From contig JAHBMJ010000506.1 of the NCBI GenBank assembly GCA_018398765.1, forward strand, positions 1 through 45,947: a DNA stretch of 45,947 bases, written 5' to 3'. How positions within the stretch are numbered: the first letter of the stretch is position 1; each line of letters begins with the position of its first letter. Positions 41,373-45,947 of the stretch are shown in pieces. Both the position numbers and the translations under genes were made by a program. A model generated the notes under the pieces. The model was not told where the DNA came from. It did not search any database and worked only from the letters and a program-made list of their open reading frames with translations. Source of the DNA: Chromera velia. Its lineage: Eukaryota.

Positions 41373-43288
41373 CCACTTTCGGAAGCGGAGAAGAAGAAAA
41401 ACATCCCGAAAAAAAGAAGACTCCCAAAAGAAAGAAAGAAAGAAAGAAAGAAAGAAAAGAAAGAAAGAAAGAAAGAAAGAAAGACAAGAGCATTCATTGA
41501 CTTCATTCCACCCGATCCCATCCCATTCCACAAACAAGCAAGGCAGCGTCATTCGCTCACCTGCAGAGGCGGAGGGAAAGAAGAGACGAAGCTCCCCTGT
41601 CGCCCGGTTGAAGAAGAACCTTTTCAGTCTCAGTGGAGGAAGCGGGGCGTCTCTAGGAAGGAGAAGAGGCTCTCGAAGCTTGTGCACTTCGTAGAGGGGA
41701 TGCAGCGCTCTCTTTCCCTTTGCCTTCCCACCCCTCTTCTTTTTGCCTCCTTCCAAATCCCAGTCATCGTCCTCGTCAAGGCACTCATCTTCAATGCCTT
41801 CCACCCCTTCACTCCCAATCGAGCTGCGTCCTCCTGTCTCCCCGTCCCCCCCTCCCCTCTCTGTCTCTGTGTATGTGGCTGCTAGAGACTCCGACTTTCT
41901 TGCGAGTGTTCTGTTCTCTCTCGAGACCATCCACGCCACCCCCCTCTGTTGGTATGCGTGAAGGTGGGAGGAGAATACAGAAGGCGAAGGTTGAAGATGC
42001 AAATGCGGAACATCGCTCGAGGGGGACGATGCCCCTCCTTGACTTGCAGACGTTTGTTTCCCTTCAATCCCCCCTTCGCCCCCTCCGCCCTCCCTCTCTT
42101 CTGACGCCTCCAAGAACACACCGTCGTTGACTTTCTCTCTCTCCTCCGCTTTCTCGTCGTCCTCCCCCTCCCCTTCTGCCTCGTCAACCTCCGCCTCCCC
42201 ATCCCCCGAGAGGAATTCTTCTCCCTCCTCCTCAGCTTTCTCCGTATCTGCCTCGCCTCCTCTCGGACTGTCTTCAGAGGACCCCGCGGGCACGGCTGTT
42301 TTGGAGGAAGAGGAAGAGGCAGAAGAGGAAGGCATAGCGATGCTGTCGACATCGCAGAGGGCAGGACATTCGGGCTTCAGCTGCGGGAACGAAGAAAGAA
42401 AGAAAAAGAAACACGCCATATTCGTATGAAAGAAATAGAGGGACTGTCAAGAAAATCACACAGTCAGACAGACTGCATGACATCTGCTTAATTTCTCTTT
42501 TCTTCTTTTTCACATAGACAGACAAAATCCGAGGAGGAAATGCGGGTGGGTGTATTTGATGGACGAAGAACATGTCTGCATGGATGGATGCTGTCTCTGT
42601 CAGGCAGACCGTCAATGGCGCGACGACCGAGGACCCCGATCATTAATGCGCATCCAATAAAATAAAAAAAAAACGCGTCATTCATGCAGCAGTTCGTTCA
42701 AAACTGTCTACACAGACAGACACACAGATAGACACCCGCGAGCATAGGGAGTATACGACATACGGTGGAAGCACACTGTTTACCCAGAATTGCACACACA
42801 GACACACATACACACACACACACGCACCTGCAGCATTTTGAAGAGCGCCACCAGAGCGTCCCTCACAACCTCCCTAGCGGTGTCGCTCAATCTTTCCGAT
42901 TCCCTCCTTCCTGTTTGAGCAACCGCCTGCTGGAAGTTCTGCTGTCTGCACATATTGGCAGCACCGATCAACAAAAATGCACGCGTATGTACGCCCGAAC
43001 AATCATACATTATTGCAGGCATGAAAGCACTGACAACACAGCTGGAACATTAGACGCAGGCACAAGACAACGACAAAGGAAAACCAAAAGGGCTCCGCCT
43101 TGCCCATTCTCGGAATTGTTGAAACGAAAGAGGACATGCACATGCGTATACACAAACACGCACACACGCGCGCTCGTACACACACACGCTCACACACTCT
43201 CATACACGCTCATACACGCTCATACACGCTCACACACGCTCACCCACGCTCATACACGCTCACACACACTTACACACGCTCACACACG

Positions 43289-43323
<35 letters not shown>

Positions 43324-43412
43324 GCACCAGGCCACACCAGAGAGAGAGAGAGAGAGAGAGGCCGACGAACGAACGAACACACACACACACACACACACAC
43401 ACACCAGACCAC

Positions 43413-43449
<37 letters not shown>

Positions 43450-43612
43450 GAACGAACGAACGTTGTGCCCGAGGCCGAAGTTCCCTTCCCGTCTCCGAAG
43501 GCCTCGTCGCAGAGGGAGACCCCGAGAACGATTGGGATATTCTCTCCGACACGAATTTCCCTCTCGGGAAGAGAGGCGAGCTCGCCCTCAATCTGCACGC
43601 ATGCACACGGAT

Positions 43613-43655
<43 letters not shown>

Positions 43656-43715
43656 GACGTAAACACGCTTTGACGCACACGCACACGCACACACACACAC
43701 ACTGAAACAATCACG

Positions 43716-43768
<53 letters not shown>

Positions 43769-44460
43769 GCACAACCCCCAAAGCCATCAGAGGAGCCAGT
43801 ACCCTCCCGGCCGAGGCAGGCAGTTTTCCGCTCTCCCTCCCGTCAGCTCCCGCTTGAAAGACCCCGGGGCCGAGCGGAGCCCCGTTGCTGTTCAGCTCTC
43901 TCTGGAGGGAGAACCGGATCGTGCCTGCATGCATTCGTTCATTCATTTACATGCAATGCGTGCGCAGGGAGGGAAAGAGAGTGAGACAGACAGACAGACT
44001 CCAGAGAAGAAGAGGACAACAGATCAGACGGGGGATTGTCTGTCATGTCGGGCAGTCTTGAACATTCCAGCTGCCCTCTCTGACAGGAGAGCCTGGTCTC
44101 TCGTGGAATATGGAGAGGAAGAGTGCATGGGGGGTCGCGTTTATTCAAAAAAAAAAAAAAAAAAGGAATATGGAGAGGAAGAGTGCATGGGGGGTCGCGT
44201 TTATTCAAAAAAAAAAAAAAAAAAGGAATATGGAGAGGAAGAGTGCATGGGGGGTCGGACAGGCCGAGAGACAGAGACAGCGACTAAGACAGCAAAGGAG
44301 ACACGCCGGGAGGGAAGCACGGGATGTCGGAAGAAGGCAGAGACAACGGAGTTGAATGGAAACCAATGGAAAAGAAAAAAAAGAAGAAACAAGAAAGGAA
44401 AAGAAAAAACACACACCCGAACAAAAAGAGAAGAGAGACACCGAAACAATCACAGTCACT

Positions 44461-44495
<35 letters not shown>

Positions 44496-45291
44496 GCCTT
44501 GCTCCTGACTTTCCCTGCATGGAAAAAGTCACATAAGCCCACAACCTGCCAGACGAACAAGACGGACCGTTTCGAGCAGCGCGTTCGATTACGTCTGACA
44601 GAGTGTCTGCCGGGGAGGCCGCATTGTTGCTTTTGCTCTTGTTTTTCTTCTCCATCGCAGCTATTGCGCCCCCTCCCCTGCCCCGCCCCCTACCCCCCAC
44701 AGCCCGTGGGGGGGGGACCTCTAATCGAAAGTCCGCAGGACACCCGCACGACAACCCGCTTCCCCTCCCTGCCCAGAAACGGTCAGTCGCATACCCCTCC
44801 ACTACAAGCTTTCCCAGGAAAACCTCAAAGGACTCCGTCACAAATGATGATTGTCCTCCCTCTTCTACCTCCTCTCTTTCTACCACACCCCCAGACCTGT
44901 CGGTCGGGCCCATCTCCTTCTCCTCACTCCTTCTCACTCTTTTGGACACACGTCCCTGTCCACCTTTCATCACCTCAGGGGAGCTGGGGATCTCTACTGG
45001 ACCATCATCGGGTCGCTGCATCATTAAAGAGGACGACGAACTACCAGAGGCTCCAGCCTTTGGGGCATCTCGCACCAGCTCCCTTGCTCCAGTAGTGACG
45101 AAGGGCCGCTTCAACCGTCCACTTCCATTCCCCCCCACTCCCCCCGTAGCCCCCACTCCAACACCATGCCGGTCCAGGAGCAGATTGGCAGCCCTGGCAA
45201 GGTCCCCCTTCGCCTGTGCGAGGCAGGACTGGAGAACGGAGTCGGGCACGTGAGGACCCACCAAAACCCTCAAACCCTGAATGCAGGACAT
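33378..45291 (-). CDS. RAD5: Rad5/HLTF-like SNF2-family DNA translocase (CUE/UBA-like + HIRAN + SNF2 ATPase + helicase C); no RING detected; ~15 exons
   Basis: ATG at 45291 (in-frame stop upstream). CUE-like [23 protein letters not shown]-like [12 protein letters not shown]...IRFS...[26 protein letters not shown]2 motifs [143 protein letters not shown] (34076-34021), last exon ending LEELKKLFA* at 33378. The exon 1 donor is uncertain (~44570-44510). Confidence 0.9.
34841..35575. repeat. Intronic minisatellite: ~17 copies of GCAACAAGGGGCCGCCA(T/C)GAAGA separated by variable (GA)n
   Basis: Directly visible inside a RAD5-like intron. It produces spurious long ORFs. Confidence 0.95.
38193..38490 (-). 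repeat. 88-bp tandem repeat (4 donor copies) covering a RAD5-like exon end and 5' splice site
   Basis: GTACCTGTCC(C/T)CTCGAGAGGAGATTGTCGAATTC recurs at 38193, 38281, 38369 and 38457. On the minus strand this is [14 protein letters not shown]. Confidence 0.95.
39741..39858. repeat. Two-copy tandem duplication (GT)n-GATGATAATGAGCTCACCGCCAGGCCTAGTCGCCGGCTT; intronic
   Basis: Identical ~40-bp core at ~39754 and ~39820, each preceded by (GT)n. Confidence 0.85.
44105..44257. repeat. 2.5 x 60-bp tandem repeat containing an A18 run; intronic
   Basis: GGAATATGGAGAGGAAGAGTGCATGGGGGGTCG(CGTTTATTC-A18) starts at 44105, 44165 and 44225. Confidence 0.9.
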
Positions 45292-45947
45292 GCGTCGGAG
45301 CTGTTGGTCCCTCCCTCGCCTACGCAGTTTTTGATGGAAGCAGCCGGCTCATTCGGATTGCACGTCGTTCTCTCTGCCTGAAAAAGGCACAGGACAGGCA
45401 GACTGAGAAAAAGAACGATCCTGCCAACTGCACTACAACTTAGGGCACTATCGATAGAACAATCTCACGAGGGCCGCAGGACTTTGTCGAGAATCTGTAG
45501 GCATGCGCACCATGCAGACCGCCCTGGAATTCACGAGGAAGTGTGATGACGGCCACCAATTATTAATAAGGGGTCATCATTGAATTGACATGCAGGCTTC
45601 CGAGGAGGCCATTTCAGGCCTTCATCCATCCTATTCCATCCTTCATCCACCCTCCATTTGACACATGCAGTCTCGTCGGAGACGGCAATAATGTGCATAA
45701 ATTTGCCTGATGCCCCCAGCGGCCCGATAGCGGCCCGCGTGCCCCGGCATGCCATGGCATGCATGTATTGCCCCTATAGCTCCGCGCGGTGCATGCCTGA
45801 ACTGAAAGGAAAGGACTTCGCGGCTCGCTGCAAAATGCGAAAAAAATTAAGGTCAGTATACCGTCGATGGGCAGAATGATGGCCAAAGAATGATGGCAGA
45901 ATAAGGCAAGTGACACTTCAACTTCTCCATGTATTACCCTCTCTTAT

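Noticed and set aside
43854..45253. 413-aa and 216-aa plus-strand ORFs
   Set aside because: Antisense shadows of RAD5-like exon 1 plus repeats; no recognisable domain.

Overview
Intron-rich, microsatellite-laden eukaryotic DNA. An alveolate-style PKA ending in DPFTDW* plus a signal-peptide/Phe/transit-peptide leader suggest a photosynthetic alveolate such as a chromerid; this is inference. Five spliced genes were reconstructed by hand: (1) a 3'-truncated secreted RCC1-repeat + tandem Ca-binding EGF protein (-); (2) a PKA catalytic subunit (-); (3) head-to-head with it, a probably plastid-targeted thioredoxin-like [2Fe-2S] ferredoxin + TPR protein (+); (4) kynureninase (+); (5) a Rad5/HLTF-like CUE-HIRAN-SNF2 ATPase with no visible RING finger (-). 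Intergenic DNA holds two MITEs with TIRs and TSDs (one nested in an older hairpin) and a ~5 kb decayed CRE-like (RT + restriction-like endonuclease) non-LTR retrotransposon. That element has two qRRM-like repeats upstream of the RT and is broken by intron-like pyrimidine tracts. Other notable items: Asp at the PKA W196 position, 4x tandem duplications of exon end + 5' splice site in two unrelated genes, donors fused to GTNN microsatellites, and homogenised EGF exons. Most long ORFs in the supplied track are low-complexity artefacts. All gene models are by eye and not confirmed by alignment.
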